A stretch of 64,000 nucleotides of DNA from Bacteroidales bacterium (GCA_018434395.1 JAHDPK010000025.1:8374-72373), one strand, 5' to 3'; positions 33,907 through 43,540 are shown, counted from the stretch's first letter. Notes: a model not told the origin generated them from the sequence alone. Translations and numbers: made by a program.

Positions 33907-34473
33907 ATGGAAGAAAATAATCAAGTCACAATTGAACTGTTACAACAGCAAATTGACAAATTGCAGAAAAAGGTTCAAAAAATGGAAAATGGAAGAAAAG
34001 ACCAACTTTCCATAGCTTGCGTATCTGGAGACTTGGATAAGATACTGGCAACAATGATTATATCAATCGCTGCTGCAGCAATGGATACAAAAGTTAAAAT
34101 TTTCTTTTCTTTCTGGTCACTCTCTGCTCTGCGCGACCCTAAAAAGCATCCCAAGGGAAAAGATTTTATTTCTAAGATGTTTGGTTTCATGCTTCCTAAA
34201 GGCAGAAACAAACTCAAACTTTCGAAGTTGAATATGTGCGGAATGGGACCAGTTATGATCAAAAAACTGATGCACAAGAACAACGTTCTCTCTCTTGACG
34301 AGATGTTTAAAACGGCCGGTGAACTTGGAATTGAGTTTATTGTATGTGAAATGTCAATGGGACTTATGGGATTTAAGAAAGAAGAAATCATTGACTATCC
34401 TCATTTGACTTTTGCCGGTGCAACCACATTTGTGGCAGATGCCTGCGAAAGTGCCGCTCAACTATTTGTTTAA
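33907..34473 (+). CDS. DsrE/DsrF/DrsH-like sulfur-relay family protein with N-terminal coiled coil
   Basis: 188 aa. QLSIACVSGDLDKILATMIISIAAAAMD ... EFIVCEMSM pattern of DsrE-like (COG2210-type) proteins. Confidence 0.7.
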   Translation: MEENNQVTIELLQQQIDKLQKKVQKMENGRKDQLSIACVSGDLDKILATMIISIAAAAMDTKVKIFFSFWSLSALRDPKKHPKGKDFISKMFGFMLPKGRNKLKLSKLNMCGMGPVMIKKLMHKNNVLSLDEMFKTAGELGIEFIVCEMSMGLMGFKKEEIIDYPHLTFAGATTFVADACESAAQLFV

Positions 34474-34508
34474 TAACCAATTAAATAATACTAATAATAA
34501 TTACTCTT

Positions 34509-34763
34509 ATGACACAAGAAGAACTTAAAGCATTGAACATAGCGAAAAGTGTTGATGCAAGAGGTACTGCCTGCCCAGGCCCGTTACTTGAAGCAAAAAA
34601 GGCTATTGGTACCATCGAAAATGGAGATGTAATGGAAATCCTTTCAGCCGATGAAGGGACTAAAATAGACATACCAAAATGGTGTGCAAAACAAGGACAT
34701 GAATACCTTGGAACAATTGAAGAAAACGGGTACTATAAAATTTACATGCGCAAGAACGAATAA
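34509..34763 (+). CDS. tusA: TusA/SirA-family sulfurtransferase
   Basis: 84 aa. DARGTACPGPLLEAKKAI contains the conserved CPxP active-site motif. Confidence 0.85.
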   Translation: MTQEELKALNIAKSVDARGTACPGPLLEAKKAIGTIENGDVMEILSADEGTKIDIPKWCAKQGHEYLGTIEENGYYKIYMRKNE

Positions 34764-34775
34764 TTTATATGAGTG

Positions 34776-35171
34776 ATGGCTAATCAAGCTAAAATACTCG
34801 TCTTCTCAACCGAAAAAATATCAGATCCTGCCATTGATATGGCAGGACTGTTGAAATTGCACTATCCTCCTCAGGTATATGCTATTGCGCTGCCTTGTTC
34901 ATCAAGTGTAAAGCCAAAATGGATATTAAGGGCTCTTGAAAAAGGATTTGATGGTGTTTTTATTGCTGCTGACGGCAGTGACTGTACCTATGGTGAAAGT
35001 TGTACTGAAAAAACCGGAAACTTAGTAAGTAAAACGCATGAAATCATGAAAGAGAAGGGTATAGACCCTGCAAGATTGAAAATGGCAGCCATGTGTTCTG
35101 TTTGCAGTGAATCTTTTGTAAAGCAAATAAAAAGTTTCAATGAGTATCTGTTAAAAACTGGAAATAAATAA
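34776..35171 (+). CDS. MvhD/FlpD-like (methyl-viologen-reducing hydrogenase delta subunit family) protein
   Basis: YPPQVYAIALPCSSSV...ILRALEKGFDGVFIAADGSDCTY matches the FlpD family core. ATG at 34776. Confidence 0.75.
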   Translation: MANQAKILVFSTEKISDPAIDMAGLLKLHYPPQVYAIALPCSSSVKPKWILRALEKGFDGVFIAADGSDCTYGESCTEKTGNLVSKTHEIMKEKGIDPARLKMAAMCSVCSESFVKQIKSFNEYLLKTGNK

Positions 35172-35175
35172 AATA

Positions 35176-36474
35176 ATGCAAACAAGAAATAAACTCCAAT
35201 TTGATGCTCTTGTAATTGGTGGAGGAATTGCAGGAGGGGAAACTGCACTCAATCTGGCGAATAACGGTTACAAAGTTGCAATCATTGAAAAGGAGCTTTC
35301 CATAGGAGGAAAAATGATACTTCTTAGTAAAGTTTTCCCTACTCTTGACTGCTCTGCTTGTATTACTACTCCAAAAGTATCGGAAATTTCAAGGCACCCC
35401 AACATTACAATATTTACAGAAAGCGATGTCGAAACCATTGAAAAAAACTCAGAATATGATTTTACCACACTGGTAAGCCGCCGACCGAGATACGTAATAG
35501 CCGAAGATTGTACAGGCTGTCAGTTGTGTGAAAAATCCTGCCCTGTCATCGTAAAAGATGAATATCAATTTAACCTTATAGGAAGGAAGGCGGTTTTTAT
35601 ACCATTCAGCATTGCAAATCCTAAAGTTGCTGCTGTTGACATGGAAAATTGCATATTGTGTGGCGCATGCGAGAAAATTTGCCCTTCAAACTGCATAGAT
35701 TTCACACAAGAGGAGAGACAGTACGAAATTAACTCAAAAACAGTAATTATTGCCACAGGATTCAATCTGGCTGATCCAGAAAAGATGGATAGATATGGTA
35801 AAGGCCATTTCAGAAATGTTCTAACATCAATGCAAATGGAGAGACAGCTCGCCCCGACTAGACCTTATAATACAATTCTGAGACCGGGCGATGGGAAAGT
35901 TCCTGATAAAATTGCATATGTGCTCTGTGCAGGCTCAAGGGACGATTCTGCAGGCAATCCTATTTGTTCTCAAATATGTTGCATGTACTCCATCAAGCAG
36001 GCTCAACTTCTTATGGGAGCACTACCAATGGCAGATGTAACCCTATATTATATAGACATAAGAGCTTTTGGAAAAGGATATGATGAATTTTACGAACAAG
36101 CAAGAGGTATGGGAGTAAAGTTTGTCAAGGGAAAAATAGGCAAAATATCTGAATTGCCCAATGGTAATCTGATACTTCGATATGAAGATATACAAAGTGG
36201 AAAAATTAAAGAAACAGAACATGATATGGTTGTTCTATCTGTAGGAACACTTGCTAACAAAGAAACCCCCTCGCTATTCAAAAACATAGCGCCAAAAGTT
36301 GATGATCAAAGTTTCATCCTGCAAGATGACCCTATACTAAGTCCAGCCAAAACTACGGTTAAGGGAGTCTTTGTTGCCGGAACAGCATCCGGGCCAAAAG
36401 ACATTCCAGATTCAATACTGTCAGCAGGCTCTGCAGCAGCTGAGGTTATTTCCTATATTAATCAAAAACAGTGA
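35176..36474 (+). CDS. HdrA/QmoA-like FAD- and Fe-S-containing oxidoreductase
   Basis: VIGGGIAGG dinucleotide fold, two ferredoxin motifs (CTGCQLCEKSCP, CILCGACEKICP) and the HdrA-type CAGSRD...CSQICC. Confidence 0.8.
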   Translation: MQTRNKLQFDALVIGGGIAGGETALNLANNGYKVAIIEKELSIGGKMILLSKVFPTLDCSACITTPKVSEISRHPNITIFTESDVETIEKNSEYDFTTLVSRRPRYVIAEDCTGCQLCEKSCPVIVKDEYQFNLIGRKAVFIPFSIANPKVAAVDMENCILCGACEKICPSNCIDFTQEERQYEINSKTVIIATGFNLADPEKMDRYGKGHFRNVLTSMQMERQLAPTRPYNTILRPGDGKVPDKIAYVLCAGSRDDSAGNPICSQICCMYSIKQAQLLMGALPMADVTLYYIDIRAFGKGYDEFYEQARGMGVKFVKGKIGKISELPNGNLILRYEDIQSGKIKETEHDMVVLSVGTLANKETPSLFKNIAPKVDDQSFILQDDPILSPAKTTVKGVFVAGTASGPKDIPDSILSAGSAAAEVISYINQKQ

Positions 36475-38207
36475 TGACAGACAAAAAACTTGGAGTATAT
36501 ATTTGTGCATGCGGAGGCAATATCTCTGACTATGTGGATATTGAGAAAGTTAAAGAGGCCATTAAAGAAGAAGATTGTGTTTTTTTAGCCAAAACAACAA
36601 TGTTCGCATGTGGTGACTCAAATCAGAAAGAGATGGAGTCAGACATCAAGGAAAATAATCTCAGCGGTATTGTTGTTGCGTCCTGCTCACCTAAACTTCA
36701 CCTCAACACATTCCGTGCAGTAAGCGAAAGAGCCGGACTAAACAAATATAATTATGTTCATGCCAACATTCGTGAACAAGCCTCCTGGGCTCACTCCGAC
36801 GACAAGATCGGCGCAACAGAAAAAGCAATACATATTGTTAAGGCTGCAATAGCTAAGGCAAGATATGCGCAATCACTTTTCCCAATAAAGATTGAATCTG
36901 AAAAATCCGTGGCAGTAATAGGTGCAGGAGTTTCAGGTCTTAAAGCATCTCTTGCACTTTCCAAAATGGGAGACAAGGTATATCTCATTGAGAGGGAGGA
37001 TAAAGTTGGAGGTAAACTTACAACATTGGGCAAAATTTTCCCCTCCGACATTCAAGGAAGTGATTTTGTAAGAAGACTCGAAGAAGAAGTTAAAAAGGAA
37101 AATAATATTACTCTTATTACCAACGCCAAAATAGAAAAATGCACAGGAAATATTGGTCATTTTCAAATTGTTGTAGCCACTAACAAAGATGAGAACAGAA
37201 ATGAAAATAAGCATGAAGAGATTAATGTAGGCTCTATTCTGGTTGCTACGGGATTTGAATCCTACAGTCCACAAGAAGGTGAATTTGGTTACAAAAATGT
37301 GAATAATGTAATTACCCTTCCTGAATTTAGAAACTTACTTAGAGAAAACAACGGCCATAAAAATTTATTATACAACAACTCCAAAGTAAATAGTATTGCA
37401 TTTATATATTGCGTAGGAAGTCGTCAGATTCGAGGCGAAAACAAATACTGTTCAAGATATTGTTGCTCAGCAGCCATGAATACCTCACTAGAATTGAAAG
37501 ACAAATATTCCGACGTTCAGATTTATCATTTTACAAAGGGAGTAAGAACATATGGAGCACAAGAACTTATGTATGCTGAAGCATGCAGAAAAGGTGATAT
37601 TTTTATTCAATATCCAGATAAGGAGGAGCCTGTTGTTAATAAAGATGGCGACCATGTAATGGTCAGAGCCAAAGATATATTAACTTCTAAAAGAGAAATT
37701 GAAGTTCTTGCTGATCTTGTGGTTTTAATCACTGGTATGGTTCCCGACAGCGATAAATCATTGGGGTCGATGTTAAAACTGCCAAGAGGAAGAGACAATT
37801 TCTTCAACGAAATACATGTAAAGCTTCGCCCAGTTGAAACTGTAATTGACGGGATAACAATTGCCGGAACATGCCAAGGACCAAAAGGCGTAACGGAATC
37901 TGTCAACTCGGCTCTTTCTGCGGCTGTTAAATCTCACTCATTTGTAAGTAAAGGAGAGCTGGAACTTCCACCAATTGTAGCTCATGTAGATACAACTACA
38001 TGCAGCTGGTGTGATGCATGCAGTAACGCATGTCCGTTTAATGCAGTAATTATGACTACCGTAAATAATAAAAGAGTAGCTGATATCAATTCAACAACCT
38101 GCAAGGGATGTGGCATGTGCCTGCCAGTATGCCCTTCAGATTCTATAGAACTAACATCATTTACAAATAAGGAAATTGAAAGTATGATTGATATTCTAGC
38201 AAGTTAA
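36474..38207 (+). CDS. HdrA/QmoB-like FAD- and Fe-S-containing oxidoreductase
   Basis: N-terminal YICACGGNIS, VIGAGVSGL, CVGSRQ...CSRYCC and C-terminal CSWCDACSNACP / CKGCGMCLPVCP. The ATG overlaps the upstream TGA (TGATG). Confidence 0.8.
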   Translation: MTDKKLGVYICACGGNISDYVDIEKVKEAIKEEDCVFLAKTTMFACGDSNQKEMESDIKENNLSGIVVASCSPKLHLNTFRAVSERAGLNKYNYVHANIREQASWAHSDDKIGATEKAIHIVKAAIAKARYAQSLFPIKIESEKSVAVIGAGVSGLKASLALSKMGDKVYLIEREDKVGGKLTTLGKIFPSDIQGSDFVRRLEEEVKKENNITLITNAKIEKCTGNIGHFQIVVATNKDENRNENKHEEINVGSILVATGFESYSPQEGEFGYKNVNNVITLPEFRNLLRENNGHKNLLYNNSKVNSIAFIYCVGSRQIRGENKYCSRYCCSAAMNTSLELKDKYSDVQIYHFTKGVRTYGAQELMYAEACRKGDIFIQYPDKEEPVVNKDGDHVMVRAKDILTSKREIEVLADLVVLITGMVPDSDKSLGSMLKLPRGRDNFFNEIHVKLRPVETVIDGITIAGTCQGPKGVTESVNSALSAAVKSHSFVSKGELELPPIVAHVDTTTCSWCDACSNACPFNAVIMTTVNNKRVADINSTTCKGCGMCLPVCPSDSIELTSFTNKEIESMIDILAS

Positions 38208-38209
38208 AG

Positions 38210-38491
38210 ATGGATAACATTAAAAAACAGACAGTAAAAATACGGAGAGAGAACTTTGGAGTATCAGACGAATCAATGAAAAATTACAAAGAGTTCAACC
38301 GTATCAAAAAAATGATTCTTGAGGCATTGAGTAAAGAAGATCTCACAATTGCCTCACTCAGCGAAAAAACAGGTTTTCCAAAGGACAAGATTTTATTTTA
38401 TCTTTTGTCATTAGTTAAATTTGGATTGGTTGAGACAGGTGATATTGATGAAATGGACGAATACTATAAATATAAATTGAAGAAACAATGA
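38210..38491 (+). CDS. small winged-helix-like protein embedded in the Qmo-like operon
   Basis: 93 aa. ILEALSKEDLTIASLSEKTGFPKDKILFYLLSLVKFGLVE resembles a wHTH. Junctions are +2 nt and -4 nt with its neighbours. Confidence 0.4.
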   Translation: MDNIKKQTVKIRRENFGVSDESMKNYKEFNRIKKMILEALSKEDLTIASLSEKTGFPKDKILFYLLSLVKFGLVETGDIDEMDEYYKYKLKKQ

Positions 38492-39546
38492 CCAGAATAG
38501 ATCCTGAGTTCGGTAAAAGACTTAAAAAGTATGGAGCATTTGACTATGATGCATGCTATAACTGTGGAACATGTACTTCTGTCTGTTCTCTCGCTAAAAA
38601 AGACGAAGAGTTTCCAAGGGAGATGGTCAGACTTAGTGCAATTGGAGCAAAAAAAGAGATTCAATCTTCACTTAAACCATGGTTGTGCTACTATTGCGGA
38701 GAATGCTCTACAAACTGTCCAAGAAGTGCCAACCCAGGAGAATTGATGATGTCCTTACGGAGGTGGTTAATTGCAAGTTATGACTGGACAGGGATTTCGG
38801 GATTGTTATTCAGATCATTAACGGCAACTGTCGTTGCTCTAACTATTGTGGCAGTTGCGGTAATAGTATTTGCCATTACGATGGGATTTGACACTTTAAC
38901 AATTATGAGATATGGCCATTATTTTGAAATTGGAGCTGTTACAGGTGTTTTTGCTTTTATTTTGCTTCCCAATTTAATGAGGATGTGGTATTTCACAATA
39001 ATTCGACCTGGTTACAAAATATCTATAAGAAATTATGCCATGTCTCTTAAAGAGCTTTTTATACATATGTTCACCCAAAAAAGATCCCTTGGTTGTGATA
39101 ATAACCAAAAGAGATGGTTTGAACATTTTATTCTGGTAATTGGATATCTCACACTGCTTTTTACAACCGTTTTCCTGGATTGGTTCGGAACAGAAAGCAC
39201 TGCAATAATAATCACAGGCTATGTGGTAAGTGCAATAATCTTCATAGTGACAGCAGATTTTGTATCAGGAAGGATTAAGAAAAACAAGGAGATAAGTAAA
39301 CACTCGAGACCTTCAGACTGGCTATTTGTTATTTGGCTGTGTCTAATGGGACTTACTGCCTTTATTGTCAGAGGTGCAATAGATTTGGGAATTCTTGAAC
39401 AAAATCTGTGGATCTACCTGATTCATCTGACAGTACTTGCTCAGTGGGCTCTTATCATTGTTCCATTTGGAAAATGGACACATTTTATTTACAGGTCTTT
39501 TGCGCTCTATTTTGCAAAATTGATTTATAACACTCAAACCAAATAA
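38488..39546 (+). CDS. QmoC-like subunit: HdrC-type 2x[4Fe-4S] domain fused to a ~6-TM HdrE/NarI-like membrane domain
   Basis: CYNCGTCTSVCS and CYYCGECSTNCP, followed by six hydrophobic helices with conserved-looking His residues (YGHYFE, FEHFIL, LIHLTV, WTHFIY). Confidence 0.7.
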   Translation: MTRIDPEFGKRLKKYGAFDYDACYNCGTCTSVCSLAKKDEEFPREMVRLSAIGAKKEIQSSLKPWLCYYCGECSTNCPRSANPGELMMSLRRWLIASYDWTGISGLLFRSLTATVVALTIVAVAVIVFAITMGFDTLTIMRYGHYFEIGAVTGVFAFILLPNLMRMWYFTIIRPGYKISIRNYAMSLKELFIHMFTQKRSLGCDNNQKRWFEHFILVIGYLTLLFTTVFLDWFGTESTAIIITGYVVSAIIFIVTADFVSGRIKKNKEISKHSRPSDWLFVIWLCLMGLTAFIVRGAIDLGILEQNLWIYLIHLTVLAQWALIIVPFGKWTHFIYRSFALYFAKLIYNTQTK

Positions 39547-42043
39547 TACTGATTAATCCAACCACTGTACAAACTATCCCTTCAACAAAACTAATCCGTT
39601 CAAACTGGAACAGCTCCCTTAGAAATGGGATATTCAGGACTAAAACTAAAAAGAAGACAGCTCCCCCTACTACCCATTTAACTGTGTTATTGGGTGTGCG
39701 TATTATTTTAAAAATATTTTCACTCCATGATCTGTTAGAAAATATTATCGCAATATTAGATGCAATAAGTGTCACAAAAGACATTGCCCTTACGGAGCCA
39801 TCGCTGTATCCAAGCATCATCCCAACAAGAAAAACCAGAAGGGTACATATAAGTACTGAGATACCTTGAGTACAACTCAAAGCTATCTTTTTAAAGCCAA
39901 AAAATGGTTCGTCAACATTTCTGGGTGGTCTATCCATTATATCTTTCTCTTCTTTCTCAGCTTCAAAAATTGTTGAACATGCAGGATCAATGATCAACTC
40001 AAGAAATACTATATGCACAGGCCAGAGAAGCAGAGGCATATCTTTAAAAAAGACAGGTATTAGCGATAGTCCGGCAATAGGAACATGGATTGCAAAAATA
40101 TAGCTGAACGCTTTTTGAAGATTGTCGAAAATTCTCCTTCCCATTCTAACTGCTCTAACAATTGACGCAAAATTGTCGTCCATAAGTACAAGATCTGAAG
40201 CTTCCCTCGCCACATCCGTCCCTTTCTCGCCCATCGCTATGCCTATGTTGGCTGCTTTGAGAGCAGGAGCATCATTTACGCCGTCTCCTGTCATTGCCAC
40301 AATTTCACCATTTCTTTTAAGTGCATTTATAATTTTCAATTTTTGCTCTGGCACCACTCTGGCAAAAATATTAACATTCTTTATCCTTTTGGCAAGTTCA
40401 TCATCACTCATTTCCATCAACTCATTTCCGGTAATGTATTCACCGTAATTGTCAAGCCCAATCTCTTTAGCAATATTCATGGCTGTTACCGGATAATCTC
40501 CTGTAATCATTATCACTCTTATACCCGCTCTATAACACTCTCTCACTGCTTCAGGAACATTTTCTCGAATAGGATCATGAAGCCCTATGAGACCAACAAA
40601 TTCAAAATCAAAATCATGTTGGACATGAGGTAATGTTTCAGGTGCAAGGACTGCCTTTGCAACACCAAGAACTCTCAAGCCATCTGAAGCCATTTCCTTC
40701 ACAACGGCGCTTAATCTGGCCACATTGTCACTATCAAGATGGCAAAGATCAAAAATAGCCTCAGGAGCACCTTTTGTCGCAATAACTTTAATATCCGACT
40801 CAGGACTTTCAAAAACCCTCGACATTGCCAGCATCTCTCTGGATAAAGGATACTCCTTTACCATTTTCCAATCTGAATGTATATGCTCGCTTTCCTTGAG
40901 AAATTTCTCACTTAGAGCTTCAATGGCCTTTTCCATGGGATCGAAAGGCCTAACCTGGCTTGCAAGAAGACCATATTCAATTATCTCATGAAACTCTTCG
41001 GGAAAAAAAGTAGCATTGGAAAGTTTAAACAAATTATTTCCGTTATACAAAGCACTGATGGTCATTTTATTCTGCGTAAGAGTTCCTGTTTTGTCAGTAC
41101 AAAGAACTGTTGCTGAGCCAAGAGTTTCAATAGCTGATGATTTCCTTGTAAGTACTGAATTTTTTGCAATCCTCCATGCACCAAGAGCCATGAAAATAGT
41201 AAGAACTACTGGGAATTCCTCAGGCAACATAGCCATGGCCAGTGTAATACCTGCAAGAAATCCTTGAAGTAAATCGCCTCTTGTCAATGTATATATGACA
41301 ATTACTAAAACACATAACAATAGTCCTAATATCGCCAATCTTTTAACCAGAATCCCCATTTCACGTTTGAGTTTGGTAGGTTCTTCCTTCACAGATTCCA
41401 GTGCTTTGCCTATTTTCCCTATCTCAGTAGAGTGTCCAATGGCCGTAACTTCAAACACACCATTTCCCTGAACAACCATCGACCCTGAAAAAAGATAAGG
41501 TAATTCATCCCCTCCGGGTATAGAATAAGTATCTCCTTCACACCACTCACGCTTTCTCACCGGCACCGACTCCCCTGTCAATAGAGATTCGTCTATCATA
41601 AGATTGACACTATTAAGTATTTTGCCATCTGCAGGTATTCTGTCTCCCTCCTGAACTACCACAATATCCCCCCTTACCACCTCTCTTCCGGAAATTCGTT
41701 TAACCTCTCCACCCCTTATAACCAAAGCTCTGGGACTTGCAAGATCTTTCAAAGCATCCAGTGCCTTCTCAGTCTTTCTCTCTTGAAAATACTCTATCCC
41801 CATCACAAAGACCACAAATGACATTAACATGATACCCTCCTGAACATCTCCAAGAAAAAGATAAAGTAAGCCGCACGTAACCAGTAAGATAAACATTGGT
41901 TCCGTAAAAATGCCTGCAATAATTTTGAAAACTCCTTTTCTTTTGGAAGATGGAAGTTCATTAAATCCCTCTCTTGTCTGCCTGTTTTTGACCTCTTGTT
42001 CGCTCAGTCCTTGAAATTCGAGATTTGATATCTTTCTTTGCAT
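39485..42043 (-). CDS. cation-transporting P-type ATPase (type II, Ca2+/Mg2+-like)
   Basis: 852 aa. TGES, phosphorylation site CTDKTGTLTQN, MITGD and TGDGVNDAPALK; about 10 TM helices. Confidence 0.9.
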   Translation of the reverse strand: MQRKISNLEFQGLSEQEVKNRQTREGFNELPSSKRKGVFKIIAGIFTEPMFILLVTCGLLYLFLGDVQEGIMLMSFVVFVMGIEYFQERKTEKALDALKDLASPRALVIRGGEVKRISGREVVRGDIVVVQEGDRIPADGKILNSVNLMIDESLLTGESVPVRKREWCEGDTYSIPGGDELPYLFSGSMVVQGNGVFEVTAIGHSTEIGKIGKALESVKEEPTKLKREMGILVKRLAILGLLLCVLVIVIYTLTRGDLLQGFLAGITLAMAMLPEEFPVVLTIFMALGAWRIAKNSVLTRKSSAIETLGSATVLCTDKTGTLTQNKMTISALYNGNNLFKLSNATFFPEEFHEIIEYGLLASQVRPFDPMEKAIEALSEKFLKESEHIHSDWKMVKEYPLSREMLAMSRVFESPESDIKVIATKGAPEAIFDLCHLDSDNVARLSAVVKEMASDGLRVLGVAKAVLAPETLPHVQHDFDFEFVGLIGLHDPIRENVPEAVRECYRAGIRVIMITGDYPVTAMNIAKEIGLDNYGEYITGNELMEMSDDELAKRIKNVNIFARVVPEQKLKIINALKRNGEIVAMTGDGVNDAPALKAANIGIAMGEKGTDVAREASDLVLMDDNFASIVRAVRMGRRIFDNLQKAFSYIFAIHVPIAGLSLIPVFFKDMPLLLWPVHIVFLELIIDPACSTIFEAEKEEKDIMDRPPRNVDEPFFGFKKIALSCTQGISVLICTLLVFLVGMMLGYSDGSVRAMSFVTLIASNIAIIFSNRSWSENIFKIIRTPNNTVKWVVGGAVFFLVLVLNIPFLRELFQFERISFVEGIVCTVVGLISIIWFECYKSILQNRAQKTCK

Positions 42044-42056
42044 AGAATTTTATTTT

Positions 42057-42467
42057 TTAACTAACGATTTTTTCGACAATTTTTATAAATTCTTCAATTT
42101 CCTCGTCAGAAATCTTTCTTGCAATGTGTTTGACTATTGAGATATGAGCAATATCATGTTTGATATTTAATTGAACACCTTTCTCTGTCAAGTGAAGATG
42201 TGCGCTTCTTCTATCCCTGTCTGAACGCACTTTGCTAACAAATCCCTTCTCTACAAGCTTGTCAACAGTCACAGTTACAGTAGGTTTAGAAAGTTTAAGT
42301 TCTCTTGACAATTCTGTCACTGTAGGATTGTCAAAATCAGCAATTTTTTCCAGATAATGCATCTGAGTCTCTGTAAGGCCATACTCTTTGCACTGCTCAT
42401 TTGCTTTCTCCTCAGCAAGAGCAATAAAGTTGGAAAGTTTTGCTATTGTATCAGTCAACGTAATCAT
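42057..42467 (-). CDS. MarR family transcriptional regulator
   Basis: 136 aa. wHTH TVTELSRELKLSKPTVTVTVDKLVEKGFV..R..DRR. Lies 13 nt upstream of the ATPase gene. Confidence 0.9.
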   Translation of the reverse strand: MITLTDTIAKLSNFIALAEEKANEQCKEYGLTETQMHYLEKIADFDNPTVTELSRELKLSKPTVTVTVDKLVEKGFVSKVRSDRDRRSAHLHLTEKGVQLNIKHDIAHISIVKHIARKISDEEIEEFIKIVEKIVS

Positions 42468-42472
42468 AAAAC

Positions 42473-42506
42473 AAATATAGTTAGTTTTATCTAACTAACT
42501 ATATTT
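42473..42506. promoter_or_regulatory. 34-bp palindrome, candidate MarR operator
   Basis: aaatatagttagtt-N6-aactaactatattt, with perfect 14-bp arms, starting 6 nt upstream of the marR start codon. Confidence 0.45.
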
Positions 42507-42511
42507 AATAA

Positions 42512-42542
42512 AAGAAATAGCAAATAAAATTTGCTATTTCTT
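42512..42542 (-). terminator. rho-independent-type terminator after fba
   Basis: A 14-bp perfect A/T-rich stem (aagaaatagcaaat / atttgctatttctt) with a 3-nt loop, 36 nt downstream of the fba stop and followed by a T-rich stretch on the minus strand. Confidence 0.6.
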
Positions 42543-42577
42543 CATTATAAATCAATTACTATAAAATCAGATAAAAA

Positions 42578-43540
42578 TCAAATTTTATTTTCACTTCCAA
42601 GCACGTTTTTCACCTTGTGAATGTATAAAACCTTGAGAGCATCACGTGCTGGACCAAGATATTTTCGTGGATCAAACTCTTCAGGGTGCTCAGCAAGAAC
42701 TTTTCTAATAGCAGCTGTCATTGCAAGACGTCCGTCAGAGTCTATATTAATTTTGCAAACAGCACTTTTTGCTGCCTGACGTAGTTGATCTTCAGGAATA
42801 CCCACTGAATCCTTAATTTTACCGCCATATTTATTTATTTGGTCAACAATATCCTGCGGAACACTCGAAGAACCATGAAGAACAATAGGAAAACCAGGTA
42901 TTCTTTTCTCAATCTCGTGAAGAATATCCAGTCTTATTTCAGGATTCTGGCCAGGTTTAAATTTATATGCACCGTGAGAAGTACCGATAGCAATTGCCAG
43001 AGAGTCGACGCCTGTCCGGCCAACAAACTCTTCAACCTCATCTGGTTGAGTATATACATGATGTTCTGCAGAAACATCGTCCTCAACTCCGGCAAGAACT
43101 CCAAGCTCACCCTCAACAGTAACGTCATATAAATGAGCATATTCTACAACTTGTTTAGTAAGCTCAATGTTTTTATCAAAAGAGAGATGCGAACCATCAA
43201 TCATAACTGAGGAAAATCCTGTCTCAATACATGATTTACAAAGTTCAAAAGAATCACCATGATCCAGATGTAAAACAATTGGTATGGCACATCCCAACTC
43301 TTTGGCATATTCCACAGCTCCCTGCGCCATATATCTCAGAATTGTCTGATTGGCGTATTTTCTGGCTCCGCTTGAAACCTGAAGAATAACAGGAGACTTC
43401 GTCTCGACACATGCGGAGATAATAGCCTGCATCTGCTCCATGTTATTAAAATTGAATGCAGGAATAGCATACCCCCCTTTAATTGCTTTGGCAAACAACT
43501 CCCTTGAATTGACCAAGCCAAGTTCTTTGTAAGATACCAT
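42578..43540 (-). CDS. fba: class II fructose-bisphosphate aldolase
   Basis: GYAIPAFNFNN, PVILQVS, LHLDHG and GTSHGAYKF motifs. Confidence 0.92.
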   Translation of the reverse strand: MVSYKELGLVNSRELFAKAIKGGYAIPAFNFNNMEQMQAIISACVETKSPVILQVSSGARKYANQTILRYMAQGAVEYAKELGCAIPIVLHLDHGDSFELCKSCIETGFSSVMIDGSHLSFDKNIELTKQVVEYAHLYDVTVEGELGVLAGVEDDVSAEHHVYTQPDEVEEFVGRTGVDSLAIAIGTSHGAYKFKPGQNPEIRLDILHEIEKRIPGFPIVLHGSSSVPQDIVDQINKYGGKIKDSVGIPEDQLRQAAKSAVCKINIDSDGRLAMTAAIRKVLAEHPEEFDPRKYLGPARDALKVLYIHKVKNVLGSENKI

